Shown here in pieces: positions 7,868 through 16,927 of a DNA stretch of 34,144 nt. Below the pieces are notes generated by a model. That model worked only from the letters and a program-made list of their open reading frames with translations, ran no database searches and was not told the DNA's origin. This stretch comes from Candidatus Saccharibacteria bacterium UBA3829 (GTDB taxonomy: Bacteria > Patescibacteriota > Saccharimonadia > Saccharimonadales > Saccharimonadaceae), in contig DGIF01000029.1 in NCBI GenBank assembly GCA_002393165.1, positions 1-34,144 of the forward strand. Direction: 5' to 3'. Within the stretch, counting starts at the first letter, position 1, and each line of letters starts with the position of its first letter. The position numbers and the translations under genes are program-made.

Positions 7868-8631
7868 TAGTGCCTCCTCCTTTTCATACGACTTTTCTTC
7901 TTCTTGACTTTCACATCAATTGGCTGAGGAAGGTTTTCGTCGGTGACCGTCTTAACGTCGGTCGCGATTTGGCCATCTAGCATGTTAATCACGCGCGTAG
8001 CATAGACTGTGAGTGCCGGGTTGTGTGTGACCATCACTATCGTGTTGCCTTCTTCATGAATGCGTTTCAGTTCGTCCATAACAGCATACGAGGCGCGGGA
8101 ATCAAGGTTGCCGGTAGGCTCATCCGCTAGAATAATTTCAGGATTCGACACGACGGCACGGGCAATGGCAGCGCGCTGCTGCTGGCCACCGGAGAGTTGA
8201 TACGGATAATAATACTCTTTTTCGCCAAGATGGAAGCGTTTAAGCGCGGCGGAGGCGGTGCGAAGCCTAACGCTCTGTGGCATACCAACATAAATAAGCG
8301 GTAGCGCGACGTTTTCTAGGATCGGGAGGTCTTCGATTAGGTTGAAGTTCTGGAAGATAAAGCCAATCTTTTTGGCTCGGATGCGTGACTGCTTAGCGGA
8401 AGAGATGCTGGCGACATTTTCGTCATTCAAAAGATATTTGCCGCTAGTAGCGCGGTCCAGGAGGCCAATGATATTGAGGAGCGTCGTCTTGCCGCAGCCA
8501 GATGGCCCCATAATCATGATGAATTCACCACGCTTAATCGTGAGGTCGAAATCTTTAAGCGCAAAAGATTCAGCGTCGCCGTAGCCGTAACGCTTAGTAA
8601 GTTTTTCTAGTTTAATAATTTCTTCGTTCAT
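7867..8631 (-). CDS. LolD/MacB-type ABC transporter ATP-binding protein
   Basis: Walker [10 protein letters not shown], signature [17 protein letters not shown]. Confidence 0.93.
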   Translation of the reverse strand: MNEEIIKLEKLTKRYGYGDAESFALKDFDLTIKRGEFIMIMGPSGCGKTTLLNIIGLLDRATSGKYLLNDENVASISSAKQSRIRAKKIGFIFQNFNLIEDLPILENVALPLIYVGMPQSVRLRTASAALKRFHLGEKEYYYPYQLSGGQQQRAAIARAVVSNPEIILADEPTGNLDSRASYAVMDELKRIHEEGNTIVMVTHNPALTVYATRVINMLDGQIATDVKTVTDENLPQPIDVKVKKKKSRMKRRRH

Positions 8632-8642
8632 GCAATGACTTA

Positions 8643-8732
8643 TGGCGGAAGCGAGAGGATTCGAACCTCCGAACGAGTTGCCCCGTTACACGCTTTCCAA
8701 GCGTGCTCCTTAAACCACTCGGACACACTTCC
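8643..8732 (-). tRNA. tRNA-Ser(GGA)
   Basis: Anticodon arm CACGC-TTGGAAA-GCGTG, long variable arm, T arm, encoded CCA. Confidence 0.96.
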
Positions 8733-8764
8733 GTCTGGTTATGATTCTAGCATATTTTGACGAT

Positions 8765-9469
8765 TTATTGAAGGGCTTTGTGGTGGAATCGACGGCGGAG
8801 CGAAAGTAGGATGGTGGCGATGGCAAAAATGAGGAGCCAAAAGACAATAAAGACAATTGGGGTAAGATAATAGCGGCCGCCAAACGTGAGGCCGTAGAAA
8901 TCCGGCCAGACATGGAGAAAGATGACATTAAGGCAATAGGGAATCGCATAGAGAATAATTGGCAACGTAGCGAGAAACTGGGCACTTTTTTTGACTGGCT
9001 GATCACCGGTGAAGAAAATGAAGGCAATGGCTGAAAGAATTGGATTTAGAAAGTGGAGGAAGAACATCGGCTCTAAGAGCATATCGAAATAATCTTTGCC
9101 ATTGATCGCGCGCATCGGGGCAAGAAACAATAGGACCGTAAGGCAGGTGACTATCGCCGCGCTGGCGGCGGAAAGATACCAGGCGAGAAAGCCGTTAGTG
9201 GCCGAACGATTGGGCGATTTTATGCTAAATACAGCGGCAAGAAGGGACATGATGGCGAGGAAAATATTGCTCAGGATGGTGAAGGTAGCGATATGCTGCC
9301 AATGAGCGAATTCGGTGATGCCGTCCAGGCGAGTGGCGCGGGAGCCAACAATAAGAGTGACTGGAATAGCGATGGCTGAGGTAAGAAAGATAAAAGTATT
9401 AATGAGCGCAAAATTAATATTTTTACTTTTTTTATTAATTGGCGTAGAATTAATAATTTCGGATTTCAT
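8765..9469 (-). CDS. integral membrane protein (Pr6Pr/AIG1-like)
   Basis: About 6 hydrophobic helices with TFTILSN, LHFLNP and WPDFY motifs; family assignment tentative. Confidence 0.6.
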   Translation of the reverse strand: MKSEIINSTPINKKSKNINFALINTFIFLTSAIAIPVTLIVGSRATRLDGITEFAHWQHIATFTILSNIFLAIMSLLAAVFSIKSPNRSATNGFLAWYLSAASAAIVTCLTVLLFLAPMRAINGKDYFDMLLEPMFFLHFLNPILSAIAFIFFTGDQPVKKSAQFLATLPIILYAIPYCLNVIFLHVWPDFYGLTFGGRYYLTPIVFIVFWLLIFAIATILLSLRRRFHHKALQ

Positions 9470-10617
9470 ATTAATGACAATATAATTAAGTTTTCGATAT
9501 GGGGGGTGTGCGGGAAGAAGTTGTAAGTTTTGACGTCGGTGATGCGGTACTTGGAAGAGAGCAGGCTGACGTCACGCGCCTGCGTGGCCGGGTTGCAGGA
9601 TAGGTAAATGATGGTGGGTGGAGCAACCTCTAGCAGGCGGTTTATCAGGCGTTGGTCGAGGCCGGCGCGGGGAGGGTCAAGAATGATGGTTTGGTCTTTT
9701 GCGATGTGATCGAGAGCTTCCTCTGACTTTGCTAAAACCGCGTGGGCGGTGGTGGTTTGGCAGTTTTTTACCATCTCGGCGTAAGCTGATTTGTCGCATT
9801 CGACCAGGGTGAGGTTTTTGTCCCGGGCGACTGAGAGGCCGATGGTACCAACGCCGGCATAGAGATCAAGGACGTTATTGGTGGATATGTGCTTTGTGAT
9901 TTCTGTGAGTGCCATCTCGTAAACCGGGAGATTGATTTGGAAAAATCCGTTCGGGGAATAGGAATATTGGTGGCCGAGAATGGTGTCGGTGAGATAGTTG
10001 AACGCGGGGTGGGGCTGGCCATTTTCAAAGAGGCCGCCGCCAATATCGCCCTTTTGATTGCTGCGCAAAAGTAAGGATTGGTACTTGCGGGCCTCTTCGT
10101 GGCGGGAGTTCAAGTCGTCTACAATTTTTTGGGCGGCGGCGAAGATTTCTGGACGTTCGATCGAGGATCTTATGATCGGCACTTTGCGGTGAGAGCCGCG
10201 CGCATGGAAGGCCAGTTTGATTTTTTGGCTTTCGTTGTCCCAATAAAGGGCGTATTCCATTTTGTTGCGGTAAAAATAATCGTGGCCGTCGGTAAAAATG
10301 TCTGGCGTGGGAATCTCAATGTGATGCTCGCGAAAGACTTCTACGACTAGAGATTGCTTGAGCTGTAGCTCGTAGTTATAATCCATAATCTGCCATGGCG
10401 AAGTGGCTAGGAATTGGTCGTCGCGCGGGGCGACTCGATAGGGGGAAGGAGAGGAGATTTTGGTGACAACGGCTTCGATGAAGTGAGATTTTTCTTTCGT
10501 TTTGTCGTACTCCTCTACTATTTCTCCTGGCAAAGCGTTCCAAAAAAAGATTTTTTTACCGCTGTCTAAGGCTGAAAGGCCATAGCCGCCAGGAATCATC
10601 TTCTCGACACGTATCAT
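9466..10617 (-). CDS. RlmD/TrmA-family RNA m5U methyltransferase
   Basis: FFQIN, LDLYAGVGTIG, LDPPRAG, YLSCNPAT and FPHTPHIE motifs. Confidence 0.9.
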   Translation of the reverse strand: MIRVEKMIPGGYGLSALDSGKKIFFWNALPGEIVEEYDKTKEKSHFIEAVVTKISSPSPYRVAPRDDQFLATSPWQIMDYNYELQLKQSLVVEVFREHHIEIPTPDIFTDGHDYFYRNKMEYALYWDNESQKIKLAFHARGSHRKVPIIRSSIERPEIFAAAQKIVDDLNSRHEEARKYQSLLLRSNQKGDIGGGLFENGQPHPAFNYLTDTILGHQYSYSPNGFFQINLPVYEMALTEITKHISTNNVLDLYAGVGTIGLSVARDKNLTLVECDKSAYAEMVKNCQTTTAHAVLAKSEEALDHIAKDQTIILDPPRAGLDQRLINRLLEVAPPTIIYLSCNPATQARDVSLLSSKYRITDVKTYNFFPHTPHIENLIILSLI

Positions 10618-10656
10618 ATTTATATTATAACAAAAATATGTTATAATATAAATATG
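10615..10656. promoter_or_regulatory. mirror-image divergent leaderless promoters (18-bp perfect inverted repeat)
   Basis: catatttatattataaca-aaaata-tgttataatataaatatg; each arm reads TGTTATAAT-N6-ATG. Confidence 0.75.
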
Positions 10657-12855
10657 TCTGCAGAAGAAACTTTAGCCGATTACGAAAGGGCTGCCGAAAA
10701 TGGCAAGCAGGCCACCGTACAGCTGAAAGGAAGGAACCTGAAGGCGCATAAGCGCAAAAGTCCGGCGTTACTGTTGACGCTTGGGCTAGCTTTGGCGATG
10801 GCTTTGCTGTTTTCGTCTGATGGTATGCTACCAATAGCACTTTCGGAGCGTATAGTTGAGGAAACCGACGTCCAGCGCACGGATGGTCTTGAGAGTATGT
10901 TGATAGTGTTTCAGCAGGCGCTGAAGTCTGGTACTGTGCCGAAGAACACAATAGCGCGCCTAAGAAAAAAAGAAGTGCAAGTTGGGACTATAGAGAATGG
11001 GGAGTTTGTTGAGAATGCTGAAGGTACAGCGCTAAAATTTAAAAATGAGATAATCACGGCCGATGAACTAATTACAAAAGTACATACAGACACATCAACT
11101 TATGGCGTTCTAAAGGATATTATCGACGAGTCTACTCTCTCTGGTATATCGTATTATTATGATGAGCCAGCGATGGAAGTTTTTCAGAAAATTGGTACTT
11201 CGCGCAACAATTATACGAAAGACGAAGACTTCAACACTGTGATGAGTAGATTGATGGGGGATGGCAGTGATGTCAAAGCTAATAGTGTGGTCTTAGTTGA
11301 GAAAAAAGACCAGGATGGGAATAAATATTACGAATATGAGACTCTGGGCAGCGCGGCTGAATCGGAAAATGGGAATTTTATAGCAACTGTGGCGGAGAAA
11401 AGTTTGGCAGGGGATGGCCAGACGGCGGATCTTAATGCGGCTGTCACACTCAACACGGCGGCCAAAATTTCCAAGGAACAACGATCAATGCTATATTATC
11501 TTGGTATTATGGAGCCGATCAGCAAAATGAAGGCCGGGGAAGGGAACACTTCAAGAATACATGAAGCGATGAATTATATATATGAAGAGCGGGAAACGAG
11601 CGTTATGGATTCTGAGACCAGCGAGGTTATCACTCTTGATGGAAACATGCTGAAATCGCCGAGTTTCTATGCTGTGCTATCTGGTGAAAGATTAAATGCA
11701 AAAGAGGTAAAAGACTTTTCCTCTGATGCCGTACTGAAAACGATCGAGAACCGTCTCGGTGTGACTAGCAAAAAGAGCACCATTACTGGCGCTATCACTT
11801 CATCAAAGCGAGGAATTAAAGGTTCGATCGGAAGATACGTGTCAAACAATGCGACCAGTGCATCATCCGATACACTCTCGGTGGCAGCGTCTACTATCAA
11901 CGCCTCACTGGTTAATAATTCATTTGACAGTATTGGTGGTATAGCTGGTGGAGAAATGTTTGTTGAAGGTGCGGTAAACGTAGGTAAAGCCTTGGCGCGG
12001 GCCAGCGGAGCGACTACCGGCGATGCCGAGGCGATTAGAACTTATATGCGCCTCAATAACACTATTTTAGAAATGGACGCAAAGGTAGACCGAATGAATC
12101 GGTCACCTTTCGACATTACCTCACGAAACACTTTCCTGGGTTCAATTTTGTATAAGTTTGCGCTTAGTATGCAGAGTGGCGGCTCCATAGTGCGAAGAAT
12201 GGGCAGTTTTTCTAGTGTTCTAACTAGTAGCATCGCCGCGATCTTGCCGATAACGCGCGCTGACGATGAAGCAGATTCAATTCTGACTACTTTCGGTGAT
12301 TGTGAGACTCTAAGATTGTCACTCGGCGCAGAAGGAACGGCTACCTGTGCAAGCATTGTGGCTTTTGATACCTCTACATTAGATGACCCGTTTAATGATC
12401 CTGGTTTTATAAAGTTCGTGGAGCAAAACACTGAGCTTAAGGATGGTGTCCGCACCGTGAAACCTGGGTCGAAGCTAGCAATATTTATTGCGTTTAATGA
12501 TGAACGGATGACCCCGGATGGGATTACGGACGGATCAATTTTAATGGCTCTAAGTGATGGTAGTTCATCAGCGGCATTTACGTCGGATATCACCGCGATG
12601 ACGGAGACTTGGCTAACATCAAGTGAAGAAAATAAAAGAATTGCCTCTGGAGAAGCTTTCGTAAACTCAAGCTCCAACCTAGATTGGGAAGAATATAAAT
12701 ACGCTCAGCGCTACGTGTCTCTGGCGCGAGCGATGGCGGCCTTACGACAGTTTGATGGTGATGAAACATCATATAATAATATAAAGTATTTTGAAGGCAG
12801 CGAGAATCCAGTACTGGCGTTTTTAAGAGAGTACCGGGACTTAGCTAATAAGTAA
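10654..12855 (+). CDS. large membrane-anchored hypothetical protein
   Basis: 733-aa ORF with an N-terminal TM segment; no catalytic motif recognised. Confidence 0.8.
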   Translation: MSAEETLADYERAAENGKQATVQLKGRNLKAHKRKSPALLLTLGLALAMALLFSSDGMLPIALSERIVEETDVQRTDGLESMLIVFQQALKSGTVPKNTIARLRKKEVQVGTIENGEFVENAEGTALKFKNEIITADELITKVHTDTSTYGVLKDIIDESTLSGISYYYDEPAMEVFQKIGTSRNNYTKDEDFNTVMSRLMGDGSDVKANSVVLVEKKDQDGNKYYEYETLGSAAESENGNFIATVAEKSLAGDGQTADLNAAVTLNTAAKISKEQRSMLYYLGIMEPISKMKAGEGNTSRIHEAMNYIYEERETSVMDSETSEVITLDGNMLKSPSFYAVLSGERLNAKEVKDFSSDAVLKTIENRLGVTSKKSTITGAITSSKRGIKGSIGRYVSNNATSASSDTLSVAASTINASLVNNSFDSIGGIAGGEMFVEGAVNVGKALARASGATTGDAEAIRTYMRLNNTILEMDAKVDRMNRSPFDITSRNTFLGSILYKFALSMQSGGSIVRRMGSFSSVLTSSIAAILPITRADDEADSILTTFGDCETLRLSLGAEGTATCASIVAFDTSTLDDPFNDPGFIKFVEQNTELKDGVRTVKPGSKLAIFIAFNDERMTPDGITDGSILMALSDGSSSAAFTSDITAMTETWLTSSEENKRIASGEAFVNSSSNLDWEEYKYAQRYVSLARAMAALRQFDGDETSYNNIKYFEGSENPVLAFLREYRDLANK

Positions 12856-13846
12856 CATCCTCGACGCTCGTAATAATAACTTGGTGATTTTTAAAATTAT
12901 TAACGAGACACTTTCGGCGAGTGTTATCTAGCTCCGAGAAAACATCGTCGAGCAATATGATGGGGTTTTCGCCGGTCTTAGTTCTAAGTAGATTCGCCTC
13001 GATAAATTTGAGAGCTAGAATAATCGAACGAGTTTCACCGCGCGAGGCGGAGCCATCAGCGTCTGATTGGTTGAAGGTAAACTTAAAATCGTCTCGATGA
13101 ATGCCAAGGGAAGTGTGCCCAAGATAAAGGTCTTTTTCTAGGTTTTGTTCCAAAAGTTTTAAATATTGTGACTCGGTAATATCTAATAGTTCCGTAACGT
13201 AATTCAATACGACGTCATCATGATTTTCAGCAATGGAGTGATAAGTAGGATTAAGCTGTTGATTAATTAAACTGGTGAGTTCTTTACGTTTAGCACTAAT
13301 GGACGATCCGTAACGTGCTAGAAGCAGGTTCCAGGAGAAAAAATCCGGTTTAGTGGGATGTTCGGATTTTAAAAGCTCATTGCGTTGGCGAAGAGCTTTT
13401 TCGTATCTATGAAGATCACTGGTATAATTGTTATCTAACTCAGAAAAAACCCGATCAAAATAATCTCGGTGACGAGATGGTGAGCCACTGACTAGATTGA
13501 GGTCTGAAGGAAGGAATAAAACCACTGGATGTTTGGCTTTTACCGGCAAACGCCTAGTTTTCTTGTCGTAACTAATAAAGGTCTTCTTGGTTTGATCATA
13601 TGTGGCAGAAACTTGCTCGCCATTATTATATTGAAGTGAGATGCGATAAAAGTCCGTCTCTCGTTTAATAATGTCCGGATCGGTGGCGCGAAAACTTTTG
13701 CCGCGAGTTAGAATATAAATAGCTTCAAGAACGGAAGTTTTGCCACAACCATTCGCGCCAAGAATAAGAGTAACGTCGGGATTACAATTTAAATGATAGG
13801 TGTCGTGGTTGCGGAAGTTAACTAAATCGATAGATTCAATAAACAT
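12845..13846 (-). CDS. recF: DNA replication and repair protein RecF
   Basis: NFRN, GANGCGKT, SRGE and ILLDDVFSELD motifs; downstream of dnaN. Confidence 0.95.
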   Translation of the reverse strand: MFIESIDLVNFRNHDTYHLNCNPDVTLILGANGCGKTSVLEAIYILTRGKSFRATDPDIIKRETDFYRISLQYNNGEQVSATYDQTKKTFISYDKKTRRLPVKAKHPVVLFLPSDLNLVSGSPSRHRDYFDRVFSELDNNYTSDLHRYEKALRQRNELLKSEHPTKPDFFSWNLLLARYGSSISAKRKELTSLINQQLNPTYHSIAENHDDVVLNYVTELLDITESQYLKLLEQNLEKDLYLGHTSLGIHRDDFKFTFNQSDADGSASRGETRSIILALKFIEANLLRTKTGENPIILLDDVFSELDNTRRKCLVNNFKNHQVIITSVEDVTY

Positions 13847-13847
13847 A

Positions 13848-14948
13848 TTATCTACTAAGTGGCATTACGATGTGGGTGTAGTCTTTATTCTTTTTATTGT
13901 GAAGTGTGGCTGGGGTGGTACCGGAAGAAAATTCAAAGGTAATCTCCGGTTCATCAAGTGAATTGATGGCATCAAGGAGAAAACGAGAGTTGACCGTAAA
14001 CTTGCCCTCGTCCGAAACTGAGGTTTCAATTATAGAAGCGTTTTCACCAAGCTCGGTGGCAACAGACTTCACGGATAGAATATTTGGCTTTTTAGCTTCA
14101 AGAGTAATAGAACCCGCAACGCTGCGAGCGAAAAGCGCAGCGAGTTTAGTGACCCGAATTAATTCATCACGATTAACTTCAAGCTTAATGGTGTTGTTTT
14201 TAGGAATGAGGCGTTGATAATCCGGGAAGCTAGCGTCGATAAGTTTTGAGATAATTTCTACTTCACCAAAACGAAAACGTACAAGATCGTCACTAAATGC
14301 AATTTCAACTTCTTCCATCCCCTCATCGATCGCGCGCAAAACCTCTTGAAGTGAGCTAGTTGGCACAATCACGCTAACTTCACTCTCTACGTTCTTAATT
14401 AGTTTGCGCTCGGCAAGACGATAACCATCAGTGGCGGCAACACAAAGGGTTTTATTTGATGTAGTGAAGAAAATACCAGTAAGGGCAGGCCTAGTGAGAT
14501 CGTTTGAGCTAGCGATCGCCACACTGGAAATGCCATTCTTAAATTCATCAATACCCATCTTAAAGATAACAGCCTTATCTTCACTGATTTCCGGTAACTC
14601 TGGAAAGTCATCGGCTGGTGAACTATTAATAGTCGAAGTATATTTACCGGCAGTAATGATTGCTTTATTTTCATCTGAGGTGATCTTGATTTTTTCGCCT
14701 TTAGGGAGATTACTGACGAATTCAGCGAGGAGTTTAGCTGGTACCGTAACAACACCATCTTTACTATTAGAAACTGGTAGGTAATCTACGATGGCCATAT
14801 CTAGGTTGGTGGTGATTAGGGAAACTTTACCCTTATTAACTCGAATTAAGACATTGTTTAATACTGGCAAGGTAACTTTACCGACTGCGATACGACTAAC
14901 ATTGTTCAAGGCTTTACTTAGTTTATTTTGAGTAACTTCAATTTCCAT
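13848..14948 (-). CDS. dnaN: DNA polymerase III beta sliding clamp
   Basis: ATDGYRLA, FPDYQRLIP and C-terminal VMPL motifs; position next to dnaA. Confidence 0.97.
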   Translation of the reverse strand: MEIEVTQNKLSKALNNVSRIAVGKVTLPVLNNVLIRVNKGKVSLITTNLDMAIVDYLPVSNSKDGVVTVPAKLLAEFVSNLPKGEKIKITSDENKAIITAGKYTSTINSSPADDFPELPEISEDKAVIFKMGIDEFKNGISSVAIASSNDLTRPALTGIFFTTSNKTLCVAATDGYRLAERKLIKNVESEVSVIVPTSSLQEVLRAIDEGMEEVEIAFSDDLVRFRFGEVEIISKLIDASFPDYQRLIPKNNTIKLEVNRDELIRVTKLAALFARSVAGSITLEAKKPNILSVKSVATELGENASIIETSVSDEGKFTVNSRFLLDAINSLDEPEITFEFSSGTTPATLHNKKNKDYTHIVMPLSR

Positions 14949-15207
14949 TTTAGTCCTTTCTTTTATTTAATTAATAATAGTAATAGTAGGGGTTGTGAAT
15001 AAGTGGAAAAGTTTGGGTGGTGACAGATTGAAAGTGATTGTGGGAAAAGTGGTGGAAAGTGCTGGAAAAGTTGGCGGAAAAGTTACGATTTCCACGTGCT
15101 GAATAAAAGATTTAAGTTTTGCACGGAGATTTACTATGGATTTCCACGTAGTTTTGCGGAATGGTTTACACAGGATTTCCACAAATTGAATAAATTTTGT
15201 ATACGTA
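14949..15207. other. oriC unwinding region (DnaA boxes, DnaA-trios, AT-rich tract)
   Basis: Minus strand TTTTCCAC-TTATTCACA-ACCCC-TACTATTACTATTATTA at 15010-14972, plus further TTTCCAC-like boxes; dnaA-dnaN intergenic position. Confidence 0.85.
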
Positions 15208-16563
15208 TTAACCATAAATCTGCTCCTTGATTTCTTCGATTTGGTCACGGAGGGCAAAATTAAGTCTAAGATCTGATTCGATTTTTTTGATGCCGTGCAT
15301 AACGGTGGTATGATCCTTGACGCCGACCTCTGAAGCGATTTTGGTGGTGCTCATAGAAAGCTCTTTACTTAAAATGAACATGGCGATCTGGCGGGCGGTT
15401 TTAATATTGGCGACGCGAGACTTACTACACATTTCTTTAACTGAAAGGTCGTAGAACTTAGCGACTTTTTCGAGGATTTGTTTACTAGATACTGGGCGGA
15501 GTTTATTAGTACGGTTAATACTGGCGGAACCGTTTTCAATGAGCTCTAATGGAGTGAGGCCGCGAACCTCAGACATTAGGAGGATGGTAGAGAATTCGCC
15601 TTCGAGGTCGCGGATATTAGTGTTAATATTTTCAGCGATATATTCGATAGCTTCGGGTTCGATTTCGGCACCCATTAGTTCGGCTTTGGCACGAAGGATG
15701 GCACATTTATCTTCGAATTTTGGTAGTTGGAGGTCGAAAGCGCCACCCATAGTGAGACGGGAAGCGAGGCGCTCGTCTACGGTTTTAATTTGCGAGGGGA
15801 GGCGATCTGAGGTGACAATGATTTGTTTATTTAGTTGGTAGAGATCATTAAAGATGTTGAAGAACTCTTCTTGAGATTTTTCCTTACCAACAATAAATTG
15901 GAAGTCGTCAATGATAAGGCAGTCGAGCTTTTCAAATTTGCGGTTGAATTCTTTACCTTTACCATTCTGGATCGCATCAATGAAGTCGGAATAAAAATGT
16001 GAGATTGGAGTGTAAAGGATTTTTAAAGACGGGTCGCGACGCAAAAGTTCATTACCGATAGCTTGGACGAGGTGAGTTTTACCGAGGCCGGGCCCGCCGT
16101 AAAGGAAGAAGGGATTGTATCGAGTGCCAGGCGCGTCAATAATACTCTTAGCGGCGGAGACGGCGAGATCGTTGTTGCTACCAATTACAAAATTATCTAA
16201 AGTATATTTACTATTGAGACCATTATTAATAGTTTTAGTTTCAAGTGATTTTTTGATAGGCCTAATGTAATTTTTGATGGAATCTTCGGTGGTAACTTCG
16301 CGGGAACGGATTTTGTTTTTGGTAGAGGAAACAACTTCAAAATCTATGGTGGTGAAGTTAATGTTGTTTTTATTTAGAGCTTCGGTGATGAGGTCGAGGA
16401 ATTTAGAGCGGAGTTGTTTGACGAAGAAAGAGTTTTTGACACCGATGATAACGTGGTCGTTGGCGGTGGATAGTAAAGTGGTGTCTTTAAACCAGGTGGA
16501 AAAATTGGCGGGTGAGATTTTTTGTTCGATTTCAGCTAGGACGTTTTCCCAGACGTTATACAT
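15208..16563 (-). CDS. dnaA: chromosomal replication initiator DnaA
   Basis: YNPFFLYGGPGLGKTHL, IDDFQF and KDHTTVMH motifs; start placed at the ATG at 16563 after GGAGG. Confidence 0.98.
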   Translation of the reverse strand: MYNVWENVLAEIEQKISPANFSTWFKDTTLLSTANDHVIIGVKNSFFVKQLRSKFLDLITEALNKNNINFTTIDFEVVSSTKNKIRSREVTTEDSIKNYIRPIKKSLETKTINNGLNSKYTLDNFVIGSNNDLAVSAAKSIIDAPGTRYNPFFLYGGPGLGKTHLVQAIGNELLRRDPSLKILYTPISHFYSDFIDAIQNGKGKEFNRKFEKLDCLIIDDFQFIVGKEKSQEEFFNIFNDLYQLNKQIIVTSDRLPSQIKTVDERLASRLTMGGAFDLQLPKFEDKCAILRAKAELMGAEIEPEAIEYIAENINTNIRDLEGEFSTILLMSEVRGLTPLELIENGSASINRTNKLRPVSSKQILEKVAKFYDLSVKEMCSKSRVANIKTARQIAMFILSKELSMSTTKIASEVGVKDHTTVMHGIKKIESDLRLNFALRDQIEEIKEQIYG

Positions 16564-16584
16564 TGTGACCTCCTTGATGAGATC

Positions 16585-16749
16585 AGTATAGCATGAAAAT
16601 GGGAAGTTTTCCACAGGTTTTTAGGCGGATTTGAAATGTGTTGTAATATGTTGGGGCGGGGACAGGGGAGATTTTTTCCACATAGGAGGGAGATTCCCAT
16701 AAAAGGATGTGGAAAACTCCTTGAAAAATGTGGAAAAATGGAGTATACT
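16585..16749. promoter_or_regulatory. divergent dnaA/rpmH promoters with four DnaA boxes
   Basis: TTTTCCACA at 16607 and 16674, TGTGGAAAA at 16708 and 16729; rpmH promoter TTGAAA-N17-TATACT (16721-16749); dnaA -10 TGCTATACT (16593-16585). Confidence 0.75.
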
Positions 16750-16789
16750 ATATTAAGTATTTGCAAAATAATAAAATTTAAGGAATAAT

Positions 16790-16927
16790 ATGCCAAAGCG
16801 TACATATCAGCCACATAAGCGTCAACGTAAAGTTGAGCATGGCTTTATGAAGAGGAATGCAACATCAAATGGACGAAAAGTCCTGGCGCGCCGACGTTTG
16901 AAGGGTCGTGCTCGGCTGACAGCCTAA
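16790..16927 (+). CDS. rpmH: 50S ribosomal protein L34
   Basis: Not in the ORF track. [45 protein letters not shown]. Confidence 0.97.
   Translation: MPKRTYQPHKRQRKVEHGFMKRNATSNGRKVLARRRLKGRARLTA

Noticed and set aside
325-8732. Prophage or integrative element between the tRNA-Ser repeats
   Set aside because: No integrase or phage genes, both tRNAs are complete, and murE lies inside.
12042-12677. 211-aa antisense ORF, and similar ones such as 27622-28443 and 23697-24215
   Set aside because: Antisense or out-of-frame shadows of well-supported genes, with no motifs.
14967-15257. 96-aa minus-strand ORF between dnaA and dnaN
   Set aside because: Spans the oriC DnaA-box region, overlaps the dnaA end and has no recognisable motif.
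16564-16614. Extended N-terminus of DnaA from the ORF track (likewise upstream starts at 1909, 3024, 20662, 20988, 23193, 25679)
   Set aside because: Downstream ATGs fit RBS or -10 spacing and domain boundaries better.
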